A DNA stretch of 64,000 nucleotides from Eubacteriales bacterium. Lineage in GTDB: Bacteria; Bacillota; Clostridia; Oscillospirales; CAG-272. The position numbers and the translations under genes were made by a program. The stretch lies in NCBI GenBank assembly GCA_045594785.1, contig JAZNZE010000001.1:77736-141735 (forward strand). The letters run 5' to 3'. The notes beneath the pieces were generated by a model. That model did not search any database. It saw only the letters and a list, made by a program, of their open reading frames with translations, and was not told the DNA's origin. Positions 30,080 to 38,250 of this stretch are shown one piece after another; the stretch's first letter is position 1; every line of letters begins with the position of its first letter.

Positions 30080-30745
30080 ATGATTTTAGTTATAGACCAA
30101 AACAAAAAGAACGCGGCAAGCGTTGCGGATATGTTTTTCTATATGGGAGTTCTTGCCAAGGCAAGCACGGTAGGCGAATCCTTTTCGGAAATATCCGATA
30201 TCTACCGCGCAGTTATCCTGATTTCTCCCGAGAGCTTTCCCGATTGCCGCGATTATATTAACAGGCTTCGCTCCTACAGCTCCACAGTTCCGATTTTTGC
30301 AATCGGAGCACCCGACAGCAGCGATTCACAGCTCTTTGCCCGCGTATTTTCTCCGGGAACGTACGCTTCGGCGGTTATGACGAAAATTCTTGAATATACT
30401 CTCAACAATTCCCTTCCTCAGCCGGGTGATTACAAGCTTGCGGGCATTGATTTATCCTGTGACTTGGCAAATCCTACTTATTTTCACACGCCCTTTTCGC
30501 TCACAAAAACCGAAGCTATGATAGTAAAATATCTTATACGAACCTATCCGCGACCAACCTCCGCAGAGGAAATACTGAGATATGCATACCGCGAATCAAG
30601 AACTCCGGAGATATCAAACATAAGAACGCATATTTCGATAATTAATAAAAAATTCAGAAAGCTCACAGAACGAAATCTTATAGAAATGTCCTTCGGTAAG
30701 GGATACAGAGTTTTAACGCCCGAGGTAGCGGAGGCTCTTGTGTAA
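30080..30745 (+). CDS. Atypical OmpR/PhoB-type winged-helix regulator with a degenerate (pseudo-)receiver domain
   Basis: 221 aa. The C-terminus resembles Trans_reg_C (LTKTEAMIVKYL...IRTHISIINKKF...GKGYRV). The N-terminal receiver-like fold lacks the acidic pocket and the phospho-acceptor Asp (ILISPE where LLD is expected). Confidence 0.7.
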   Translation: MILVIDQNKKNAASVADMFFYMGVLAKASTVGESFSEISDIYRAVILISPESFPDCRDYINRLRSYSSTVPIFAIGAPDSSDSQLFARVFSPGTYASAVMTKILEYTLNNSLPQPGDYKLAGIDLSCDLANPTYFHTPFSLTKTEAMIVKYLIRTYPRPTSAEEILRYAYRESRTPEISNIRTHISIINKKFRKLTERNLIEMSFGKGYRVLTPEVAEALV

Positions 30746-30813
30746 AATAAAATATCCAGAAAACTGACAAGCCTTCAAGCATATACTTAAAAAAATGCTT
30801 GGAGGCCTTTTTT

Positions 30814-31515
30814 ATGTCGTTTTTTTACAAAATTCTTTTACGCTTCGTTTCACTGGTGCTTGGACTTTCGCCAAATCAGAATTTTCCGCCGCCGCTATCC
30901 GCAGAGGAGGAAGAGTGCCTTTTTGCAAAAATGCGCGAAGGAGACGAGAGCGCCAGAGCTAAAATAATCGAGCACAATCTCCGTCTCGTTTCTCATATTA
31001 TAAGGAAGTATTACGCGTCCTACGGAGATACTGACGAGCTTCTTTCGGTAGGAAGTCTGGGACTTATAAAAGCCGTGGATTCCTTTAAAAGCGAACGCGG
31101 AACGAGATTTGCGACCTACGGTGCAAAATGCATACAGAACGAAATCCTTATGTTTTTTCGTTCAAAAAAGAAAAGCGAATACGAGGTTTCCATAAATGAA
31201 ACTATAGATATCGATAAGGACGGAAATCCCCTCACCTATCTTGATATAATAAGCGTAGACGACACTATGGCGGAAACGATAGAGCTGGAAGGACATATGG
31301 AACGGGTACGCTCACTTACCGAAAGGGTTCTGAACAAAAGAGAAAAAGAAATAATAGTCCTTCGGTACGGTCTTATGGGATATATGCCGAAAACGCAGAG
31401 AGAGGTTGCAAAGCATCTGGGCATTTCCCGCTCGTACGTTTCAAGGATTGAAAAAAAGGCGCTCGAAAAGCTAAAACGCGCCTTTGGAAGCAATATTCCC
31501 TCGTTTGATTTTTAA
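30814..31515 (+). CDS. sigK: Sporulation sigma factor, pro-sigma-K-like (uninterrupted)
   Basis: A hydrophobic pro-sequence is followed by NFPPPLSAEEE. IEHNLRLVSHII, ATYGAKCIQNEILM, IDKDGNPLTYLDII and GISRSYVSRIEKKAL match the SigK/SigE subfamily. IEHNLRLV-H favours SigK. The GGAGG RBS serves ATG 30814. Confidence 0.8.
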   Translation: MSFFYKILLRFVSLVLGLSPNQNFPPPLSAEEEECLFAKMREGDESARAKIIEHNLRLVSHIIRKYYASYGDTDELLSVGSLGLIKAVDSFKSERGTRFATYGAKCIQNEILMFFRSKKKSEYEVSINETIDIDKDGNPLTYLDIISVDDTMAETIELEGHMERVRSLTERVLNKREKEIIVLRYGLMGYMPKTQREVAKHLGISRSYVSRIEKKALEKLKRAFGSNIPSFDF

Positions 31516-31601
31516 ATGGAATTTTTTAGCAGGGATAAAAAGAAAAAAACAGCGGAAGATAACCTTGGAGAAATCCACAAATAAAACCGAGGTTTAAAAA
31601 A

Positions 31602-31820
31602 ATGATGATAGCAAACAAAATTGCGCTGATTATAGCTATAATAGGCGCACTCAACTGGGGACTTATCGGGCTCTTTTCCTTTGACGCGGTAGCGTGGATA
31701 TCGGGTGGCGCGACTACAGTTCTCGCGAGAATCATTTACGTTCTCGTTGCCGTTGCGGGTATTTGGTGCATTTCTATGCTCTTTCACCCCAATGACGAAA
31801 TCGCAGAAACACACGCATAA
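31602..31820 (+). CDS. DUF378 family small membrane protein
   Basis: 72 aa with the IGALNWGLIGLF signature of DUF378. Confidence 0.85.
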   Translation: MMIANKIALIIAIIGALNWGLIGLFSFDAVAWISGGATTVLARIIYVLVAVAGIWCISMLFHPNDEIAETHA

Positions 31821-31826
31821 AAACGG

Positions 31827-31855
31827 AAGAGCTGTCTTTTTGGACAGCTCTTTTC
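31827..31855 (+). terminator. Intrinsic terminator after the DUF378 gene
   Basis: AAGAGCTGTC pairs with GACAGCTCTT around a 6-nt loop, followed by TTTT. Confidence 0.65.
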
Positions 31856-31994
31856 ATGTAACAAAATCGTCTTTTGTCATAAAATGTTATAAAGAAAACA
31901 AAAGTTCAGAATTTTTCCTGTTTAAAGACGGGAAGGTTATGACAAAATAATATTGATATTAAAAAAAGGAGAAGAATTTTTCTTGGAATTTGAA

Positions 31995-32354
31995 ATGAAC
32001 ATAAAACGCGGTGATATTTATTATGCCGATTTAAGCCCTGTAATAGGAAGCGAGCAGGGCGGACTTCGTCCCGTACTGATAGTTCAGAATGATGTCGGAA
32101 ACAGATACTCCCCCACCGTTATAGCCGCTGCAATTACTTCTAAAATGAGCAAAACAAAGCTCCCCACCCATATAGATATTCCCGGTCAGAACGCCGGTCT
32201 TTCAAAGGATAGCGTTATTCTGCTTGAGCAGGTAAGAACCATAGATAAGCAGCGCCTGAAGGAGAAGATGGGACACCTTGACGAATCCACAATGAATCAC
32301 GTGAACAGCGCAATTCAGGTAAGCTTCGGGCTTGGAGCGGACGAGGGCGTGTAA
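31995..32354 (+). CDS. mazF: Type II toxin endoribonuclease MazF/EndoA (PemK family)
   Basis: [33 protein letters not shown]...KLPTH...[17 protein letters not shown] is collinear with B. subtilis EndoA (NdoA). An in-frame TTG at 31983 is an alternative start. Confidence 0.9.
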   Translation: MNIKRGDIYYADLSPVIGSEQGGLRPVLIVQNDVGNRYSPTVIAAAITSKMSKTKLPTHIDIPGQNAGLSKDSVILLEQVRTIDKQRLKEKMGHLDESTMNHVNSAIQVSFGLGADEGV

Positions 32355-32359
32355 TATTT

Positions 32360-32404
32360 TACCTTCCTTTGACATATGTTTTAACAGAAAAGAAAAGGAA
32401 GGTA
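32360..32404 (+). promoter_or_regulatory. Hairpin that sequesters the RBS of the downstream S1-domain gene
   Basis: TACCTTCCTTT (32360-32370) pairs with AAAGGAAGGTA (32394-32404). The 3' arm contains the only Shine-Dalgarno-like sequence, 7 nt before ATG 32412. Confidence 0.3.
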
Positions 32405-32411
32405 CAGAAAA

Positions 32412-33344
32412 ATGAATCAATACAAGCCTGAAGGAATGCTGATTTCTTCGTTCGAAAACAGTGAACTTACGTCAAGTGAAAAGGGACTGGAGCGTGCGCT
32501 CGAAAAGCAGATAATACTTGAAGCTCCCGCAACCCTATGCGACCAGGACTTCAATCTCCACGTCTCCCTCGGAGGAAAAATCCGCGGCATTATACCGAGA
32601 AGCGAGGTTCAGTATCCCGGAGAGGAAGAGGTAAAGGATATAGCAATACTCACGCGTGTCGGAAAGCCCGTCTGCTTTAAGGTTACGGGATTTACACGCA
32701 ATTCGTACGGTGAAAAAATAGCTCTGCTGTCAAGAAAAAACGCACAGAAGGAGTGCTATGAAAACTATATTTCCTCACTCCTGCCGGGTGATATAATTCC
32801 GAGTAAAATCACCCACCTTGAAAGCTTCGGAGCTTTCGTGGATATAGGCTGCGGTATTATTTCCCTTCTTTCCATAGATTCGATTTCGGTTTCGAGAATT
32901 TCGCACCCCTCGGCAAGACTTAGCGTGGGAGACAGTATATTCACAGTTGTAAAAAGTATAGACGAGAGAGGCAGAATTTACGTTTCGGAACGTGAGCTTC
33001 TCGGAAGCTGGGAGGAAAATGCAAGTCTATTTACCGAGGGTGAAACCGTCAGGGGTATAGTGCGCAGCGTTGAAAGCTACGGTATTTTTATTGAGCTCAA
33101 GCCAAATCTTGCAGGGCTTGCCGAATACAAGGATGACGTATACGTGGGGCAAACCGCAGCGGTTTACATAAAAAGCATCATTCCCGAAAAAATGAAAATA
33201 AAGCTTATTATTATAGATTCACACGACGCTCCGCTCTTTTCGGAACCGCTCAAATACTTTATTGATACGGAAAAGGTAACTCACATCAACTCTTGGACCT
33301 ACTCGCCAAGCTCCTCAAAAAGAGTGATAGAGACTATTTTTTAG
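32412..33344 (+). CDS. S1 RNA-binding domain protein (multiple S1 repeats)
   Basis: 310 aa with at least two clear S1 motifs (GDIIPSKITHLESFGAFVDIG and GETVRGIVRSVESYGIFIELKPNLAGL). Confidence 0.85.
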   Translation: MNQYKPEGMLISSFENSELTSSEKGLERALEKQIILEAPATLCDQDFNLHVSLGGKIRGIIPRSEVQYPGEEEVKDIAILTRVGKPVCFKVTGFTRNSYGEKIALLSRKNAQKECYENYISSLLPGDIIPSKITHLESFGAFVDIGCGIISLLSIDSISVSRISHPSARLSVGDSIFTVVKSIDERGRIYVSERELLGSWEENASLFTEGETVRGIVRSVESYGIFIELKPNLAGLAEYKDDVYVGQTAAVYIKSIIPEKMKIKLIIIDSHDAPLFSEPLKYFIDTEKVTHINSWTYSPSSSKRVIETIF

Positions 33345-33368
33345 ATAAAATTCATTGAAAATAAACTC

Positions 33369-33435
33369 GGGGCTGTCGCATTTAGGCATAACCGAATAAA
33401 AAAGCAGGGGTATTGTGAAAAAACACAGTACCCCT
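33369..33435 (+). repeat. Copy B of the 67-bp repeated element (identical to 3742-3808)
   Basis: 67/67 identity with copy A. It lies 25 nt after the stop of the S1-domain gene. Confidence 0.85.
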
Positions 33436-33693
33436 TTGATAATAAACATAGATTTGAGGAAATCAGGGTTGAAAACCTATGGTTTTCCTCATTTTTTCTT
33501 GTTTTTTATTCTTTCTCCGTTCTCTCCCTCTCGATGTATGTTTATACACCTTCGGGTCGCGAACGAAGAATTCTGCTCTAAATCCGTTCGCCCCTCGGTT
33601 CTGTTCTCATTAAGAATTCACAGGAGCTCTGATTCTCACTGCATTTTTTGCCTTTTTGTCTTGATTTTATTGAATTCTTAATGAGACAGCCCC
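33369..33693. mobile_element. MITE-like non-coding unit bounded by imperfect terminal inverted repeats
   Basis: The left end GGGGCTGTCGCATTTAGG matches the reverse complement of the right end, GGGGCTGTCTCATTAAGA, at 15/18 positions. It has an internal 15-bp inverted repeat (33606-33620 with 33671-33685). I found no credible ORF inside and no obvious target-site duplication. Confidence 0.3.
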
Positions 33694-33760
33694 TTTTAAT
33701 TTACAGAGCAAGGGCTGCCTGCCCGTTTTTATCTTTTAATTTTGTTTAATATATTCTTGA

Positions 33761-33789
33761 TTGACATCGGCAAAATTATGTGTTAATAT
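33761..33789 (+). promoter_or_regulatory. Sigma-A-type promoter for ung
   Basis: TTGACA (33761-33766), 17-nt spacer, TGT-TAATAT (-10 at 33784-33789). Confidence 0.5.
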
Positions 33790-33822
33790 TATTATATTAA
33801 CAGAAAAGGACTAGCCTCTCAG

Positions 33823-34497
33823 ATGATAAGCTTTGAAAACGATTGGGATTCCCTGCTCTCCGAGGAATTTAAAAAGGATTACTACCTAAATCTGCGCGAA
33901 TTTTTAAAAAACGAGTACAGAACGCAAAGAATTTATCCTCCTATGAACGATATTTACAATGCTCTGCGCTATACCTCAAGAGAGAACACGCGCGCCGTTA
34001 TTCTGGGGCAGGACCCCTATCACGGATACGGACAGGCTCACGGACTCTGCTTTTCGGTCAAAGAGGGTGTAGCTTTTCCGCCTTCGCTAAAGAATATTTT
34101 TAAAGAGCTCGGCAGCGAATACGGAATGGAAGAACCGAAAACAGGCGAGCTTACCGGCTGGGCAAACCAAGGCGTGCTTTTGCTCAACACCACCCTCACG
34201 GTGCGCGAGGGACTGCCGCAGAGCCATAAAGGACGCGGCTGGGAAATTCTTACTGACAAAATTATTTCTCTCGTAAACGAAAAGGATTCGCCCGTGGTGT
34301 TTCTGCTTTGGGGCGGAAACGCAAGAGCTAAAAAATCGCTTATTACAAATCCCAACCATCTCGTGCTCGAATGCGCGCACCCAAGTCCGCTGTCTGCTTA
34401 TAACGGATTTTTCGGCTCGAACCACTTTATCCTTGCCAACGAGTTTCTGAAAAAGAACCGTCTCCCCGAAATAGATTGGAGCTTAACTAAGGGCTGA
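33823..34497 (+). CDS. ung: Uracil-DNA glycosylase (family 1)
   Basis: 224 aa with the GQDPYH water-activating motif and the HPSPLS leucine-loop motif. Confidence 0.95.
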   Translation: MISFENDWDSLLSEEFKKDYYLNLREFLKNEYRTQRIYPPMNDIYNALRYTSRENTRAVILGQDPYHGYGQAHGLCFSVKEGVAFPPSLKNIFKELGSEYGMEEPKTGELTGWANQGVLLLNTTLTVREGLPQSHKGRGWEILTDKIISLVNEKDSPVVFLLWGGNARAKKSLITNPNHLVLECAHPSPLSAYNGFFGSNHFILANEFLKKNRLPEIDWSLTKG

Positions 34498-34566
34498 AAA
34501 AGCGGTTTTTACTATTAGTTAACAAATTCAACAACAGAACTTATCAATTTTTGTCGATTTTTACAG

Positions 34567-34595
34567 TTGAAAAAACATAAATATTAATGTATAAT
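34567..34595 (+). promoter_or_regulatory. Near-consensus sigma-A promoter for xpt
   Basis: TTGAAA (34567-34572), 17-nt spacer, TATAAT (34590-34595). Confidence 0.55.
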
Positions 34596-34630
34596 TTACT
34601 TATTATTAATAGTTTTTTAAGAGGTCTGTT

Positions 34631-35203
34631 ATGAAATTACTTGAACAGAAAATTCTTACTGACGGCAGAGTGCTTCCCGGAGAAGTTCTTAAGGTTGATA
34701 GCTTTTTGAATCATCAGATAGACGTTGAGCTGCTTAACAAATGCGGCGAGGAATGGTACAAGCTCTATAAAGATGCCGGTATTACAAAAATTATTACAAT
34801 CGAAGCTTCGGGCATCGGTATTGCTTGCATTGCGGCTCAGTATTTTAAAGTCCCCGTGGTTTTTGCAAAGAAATCAAAAAGCCTTAACCTAAGTGCAGAC
34901 TGCTATACGGCTGAGGTTTATTCCTACACCAAGGCCACGACCAAAACCGTTATGATTTCCAAAAGATACATATCCCCCGAGGACAGAATTCTTATAATTG
35001 ACGACTTTCTTGCAAACGGAAGCGCGCTCAGAGGTCTTATATCCATTATCGACCAGGCAGGCGCTACGGTTGCGGGTATAGGTATCGCAATCGAAAAGGC
35101 TTATCAGGGCGGAGGCGACCAGCTTCGCGAAAAGGGCTATCGCATCGAATCTCTTGCAAGCATCGCTTCGATGAGCGAAGACGGAATAGTGTTCCGTAAT
35201 TAA
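34631..35203 (+). CDS. xpt: Xanthine phosphoribosyltransferase
   Basis: 190 aa starting MKLLEQKILTDG..VL.G..LKVDSFLNHQID, with the PRPP loop ILIIDDFLANGSA. Confidence 0.93.
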   Translation: MKLLEQKILTDGRVLPGEVLKVDSFLNHQIDVELLNKCGEEWYKLYKDAGITKIITIEASGIGIACIAAQYFKVPVVFAKKSKSLNLSADCYTAEVYSYTKATTKTVMISKRYISPEDRILIIDDFLANGSALRGLISIIDQAGATVAGIGIAIEKAYQGGGDQLREKGYRIESLASIASMSEDGIVFRN

Positions 35204-35276
35204 TTTCGGTGTTGCTTTGCTTTATGCAAAACACATAAATAAATTTTATTTACCCAAAAGGGAAAAAGGAGAAAAA

Positions 35277-36593
35277 ATGAAAAAGATTTTATCACTCATT
35301 CTCGTTCTCGCTATGGTTCTCTCGCTTGGTGTTATCTTCACCTCTTGCGGCGAAGAGGAACAGAGCATCGAGCTCACTCCCGTAGCAAAGGATTCTATTA
35401 AGGTTGGTCTTATCACTCTTCACGATGAGAACTCTACCTACGACAAGAACTTCCTTGACGCTATGGACAGAGCTGTTGCAAACCTTGGTCTCGAGGCTGA
35501 CCAGCTTATCGTTAAGAAGAACATCGAAGAGTCCGATGACTGCTATCAGGCAGCTGTTGAGCTTGTTGATGCCGGCTGTAACGTAATATTTGCTGACTCC
35601 TTCGGTCACGAGGACTTCATGATGAAGGCTGCTGCTGAATATCCTAACGTTCAGTTCTGCCACGCTACCGGTACTAAGGCTCACACCTCTACCCTTTCCA
35701 ACTATCACAACGCTTTCGCTTCTATTTACGAAGGTCGTTTCATGGCTGGTATTATCGGCGGTATCAAGCTTGCTGAGCGCGTAGCTCTTAACGAATTGAC
35801 CGCTGCTAACTACGATGCTAACGGCAACATCAAGACCGGTTACGTAGGCGCATTCCCCTATGCAGAGGTTATTTCCGGTTACACCTCTTACTTCCTTGGC
35901 GTTAAGTACGGATACACCATGGCTACCGGCGGCAATCCTAACGCTATAAAGGACGCAAAGGTTGTTATGGAAGTTAAGTACACTAACTCCTGGTACAATG
36001 AAGCTGCCGAAAAGGAAGCTGCCCTTGCTCTTATTGATAGCGGCTGCGCTCTTATTTCTCAGCATGCTGACTCTTACGGTGCTCCCACCGCTTGTCAGGA
36101 AAAGGGTGTTCCCAACGTTTCTTACAACGGCTCTACCAAGTCCGTAGGCGCTACCACCTACCTCATCTCCTCTAAGATTGACTGGACCCCCTACTACGAG
36201 CTTATGATCAACGCTGTTATAGGCGGTTACAGAATTACCGAGGAATACTGCGGCGGCTTCGCTGAAGGCTCAGTTGCTCTTACCGAGCTTAACGAGGCTG
36301 CATTCAAGAGCCCTACACATCTCGCATTGGCTAAGAACATAGTAGAACACGCTGCTGAAGGCGCTGCTGAAATCAAGGTATTTGACACCAGCCTCTTCAC
36401 TGTTGGCGGTAAGACTCTTACCACCTACATGGCTGACGTTCACTCTGACGCTGCTTACGCTAAGGACACCGAGGCTATGAAGACCGTAGGTTCCGATGAT
36501 GACGCTGTTACCTATTTCCAGGAATCCACCTTCCGTTCCGCTCCTTACTTCGATGTTATTATCGATGGCATCACGGTACCCAAGGCTAACTAA
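35277..36593 (+). CDS. BMP-family ABC transporter substrate-binding lipoprotein (nucleoside-binding, PnrA/Med-like)
   Basis: MKKILSLILVLAMVLSLGVIFTSCG is a lipoprotein signal. The body shows the BMP-family pattern. GGAG RBS before ATG 35277. Confidence 0.9.
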   Translation: MKKILSLILVLAMVLSLGVIFTSCGEEEQSIELTPVAKDSIKVGLITLHDENSTYDKNFLDAMDRAVANLGLEADQLIVKKNIEESDDCYQAAVELVDAGCNVIFADSFGHEDFMMKAAAEYPNVQFCHATGTKAHTSTLSNYHNAFASIYEGRFMAGIIGGIKLAERVALNELTAANYDANGNIKTGYVGAFPYAEVISGYTSYFLGVKYGYTMATGGNPNAIKDAKVVMEVKYTNSWYNEAAEKEAALALIDSGCALISQHADSYGAPTACQEKGVPNVSYNGSTKSVGATTYLISSKIDWTPYYELMINAVIGGYRITEEYCGGFAEGSVALTELNEAAFKSPTHLALAKNIVEHAAEGAAEIKVFDTSLFTVGGKTLTTYMADVHSDAAYAKDTEAMKTVGSDDDAVTYFQESTFRSAPYFDVIIDGITVPKAN

Positions 36594-36608
36594 TTAAATC
36601 TATTGGCA

Positions 36609-36640
36609 GGCGGGAACGACCCTTCCCGCCCGCCTCTTTT
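36609..36640 (+). terminator. Hairpin between the binding-protein and ATPase genes (partial terminator or attenuator)
   Basis: GGCGGGAA (36609-36616) pairs with TTCCCGCC (36623-36630), followed by CTCTTTT. This arrangement commonly lets the binding protein be expressed in excess. Confidence 0.55.
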
Positions 36641-36722
36641 AAATGATTTGTATTTCACCGAGCTCCATAGAAAATTTTATGAGGCTCTATGAAGCACAAC
36701 TCTTTTTTCAGGAGGTAATTCA

Positions 36723-38246
36723 GTGGACAAAATAAACGCTATTGAACTAAAGAACGTAACGAAAACCTTTGGAAGCGTTATAGCCAACAAAAACGTTTCT
36801 CTTGACGTTAAGCGCGGAGAAATTCTCGCTATTCTCGGAGAAAACGGAAGCGGCAAAACTACACTTATGAATATGATTTCGGGAATTTACTACCCTGACG
36901 AGGGCGAAGTTCTCATTGACGGTGAGCCCGTTGTTATCAAATCGCCAAAGGACGCTTTCAAGTACAAAATAGGAATGATACACCAGCATTTCAAGCTCGT
37001 TGACGTATTTACGGCAGCGGAAAATATAATGCTCGGTCTTAACGGAGCCTTTAATAAGAAAAAGGCTGCGGATGAGGTTCTTGAAATCAGCTCACGCTAC
37101 GGCTTTGAAATCGACCCGAACAAAAAAATACACGAAATGGCTGTATCCGAAAAGCAGACTGTTGAAATAATCAAGGTGCTTTACCGAGGTGCAGATATAC
37201 TTATACTTGACGAGCCTACCGCCGTACTCACTCCCCAGGAGACAAGAAAGCTCTTCTCTATTCTCCGTAAAATGCGAGATGACGGAAAATCCATAATTAT
37301 CATTACGCATAAGCTCCACGAGGTTCTTTCTATATCGGACAGAGTTGCTATTCTCCGCAAAGGTGAGCACATCAACACGGTCGTTACCGCCGAAACCAAC
37401 GAAAACGAGCTTACCGAAATGATGGTCGGCAAAAAGGTCGAGCTTAACATTGAGCGCTCAGAGCCTCAAAACGTTACCGACAGACTTATCGTTGACGGTC
37501 TTGACTGCAAGAACCGTGACGGTATAAAGGTTCTGGACAACGTATGCTTCACCGCCCGCTCGGGAGAAATCCTCGGTATTGCGGGTATTGCAGGAAGCGG
37601 TCAGCGCGAGCTTCTCGAAGCTATTGCGGGACTTCAGCACGTTGAGCTTGGTAAAATTTCATATATCGCTCCCGACACAGACGAGGAAATAAACCTAAGA
37701 GACAAAACCCCGCTTGAAATCAGAGAGCTCGGTGTAAGACTTTCCTTCGTACCCGAGGACAGACTGGGTATGGGTCTTGTAGGAAATATGGATATCATCG
37801 ATAATATGATGCTCCGCAGCTACTCTGCAGGACATTCGTTTTTCCTTAACAGAGAGCCGTCAAAGGAGCTTGCAGAGGACGTAATTGAGCGTCTTGAGGT
37901 CGTAACCCCCAATGCTCGTACTCCCGTAAGAAGACTTTCGGGCGGTAACGTACAGAAGGTTCTTGTCGGACGAGAGATTGCGTCAGCCCCCACCGTTCTT
38001 ATGGCTGCATACCCCGTAAGAGGTCTTGATATAAACTCCTCTTACACTATCTATAATCTTCTGAACGACCAGAAAAAGCGCGGTGTTGCCGTAATTTTCG
38101 TTGGTGAAGACCTTGACGTTCTTCTTGAGCTGTGTGACCGTATTCTCGTTATCGGCTCGGGTAGAGTTACGGGTATAGTTGACGGCAGAACCGCCACGAA
38201 GGAAGAAATCGGAATTCTTATGACTAAGACAGAAAGGAGTGAGTAA
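36723..38246 (+). CDS. ABC transporter ATP-binding protein with duplicated ABC domains (nucleoside/sugar type)
   Basis: 507 aa with Walker A GENGSGKTT, LSGG-type signatures (for example LSGGNVQK) and Walker B ILILDEPT. GTG start preceded by AGGAGG. Confidence 0.93.
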   Translation: MDKINAIELKNVTKTFGSVIANKNVSLDVKRGEILAILGENGSGKTTLMNMISGIYYPDEGEVLIDGEPVVIKSPKDAFKYKIGMIHQHFKLVDVFTAAENIMLGLNGAFNKKKAADEVLEISSRYGFEIDPNKKIHEMAVSEKQTVEIIKVLYRGADILILDEPTAVLTPQETRKLFSILRKMRDDGKSIIIITHKLHEVLSISDRVAILRKGEHINTVVTAETNENELTEMMVGKKVELNIERSEPQNVTDRLIVDGLDCKNRDGIKVLDNVCFTARSGEILGIAGIAGSGQRELLEAIAGLQHVELGKISYIAPDTDEEINLRDKTPLEIRELGVRLSFVPEDRLGMGLVGNMDIIDNMMLRSYSAGHSFFLNREPSKELAEDVIERLEVVTPNARTPVRRLSGGNVQKVLVGREIASAPTVLMAAYPVRGLDINSSYTIYNLLNDQKKRGVAVIFVGEDLDVLLELCDRILVIGSGRVTGIVDGRTATKEEIGILMTKTERSE

Positions 38247-38250
38247 TTAA

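Noticed and set aside
30814-31515. Possible skin-like intervening element splitting sigK, as in B. subtilis and some Clostridia.
   Set aside because: The ORF is continuous from the pro-sequence through region 4.2 (GISRSYVSRIEKKAL). No recombinase gene or interruption is present.
31516-31584. 22-codon ORF (MEFFSRDKKKKTAEDNLGEIHK) starting directly after the sigK stop (TAA-ATG).
   Set aside because: It has no Shine-Dalgarno sequence and a low-complexity Lys-rich product, and I have no conservation evidence. It is probably chance in the AT-rich spacer before the DUF378 gene.
34498-34630. A purine (guanine) riboswitch upstream of xpt, as in Bacillus subtilis.
   Set aside because: The 133-nt region is AT-rich, contains a near-consensus promoter only 35 nt from the start codon, and has none of the conserved purine-riboswitch junction or loop sequences.
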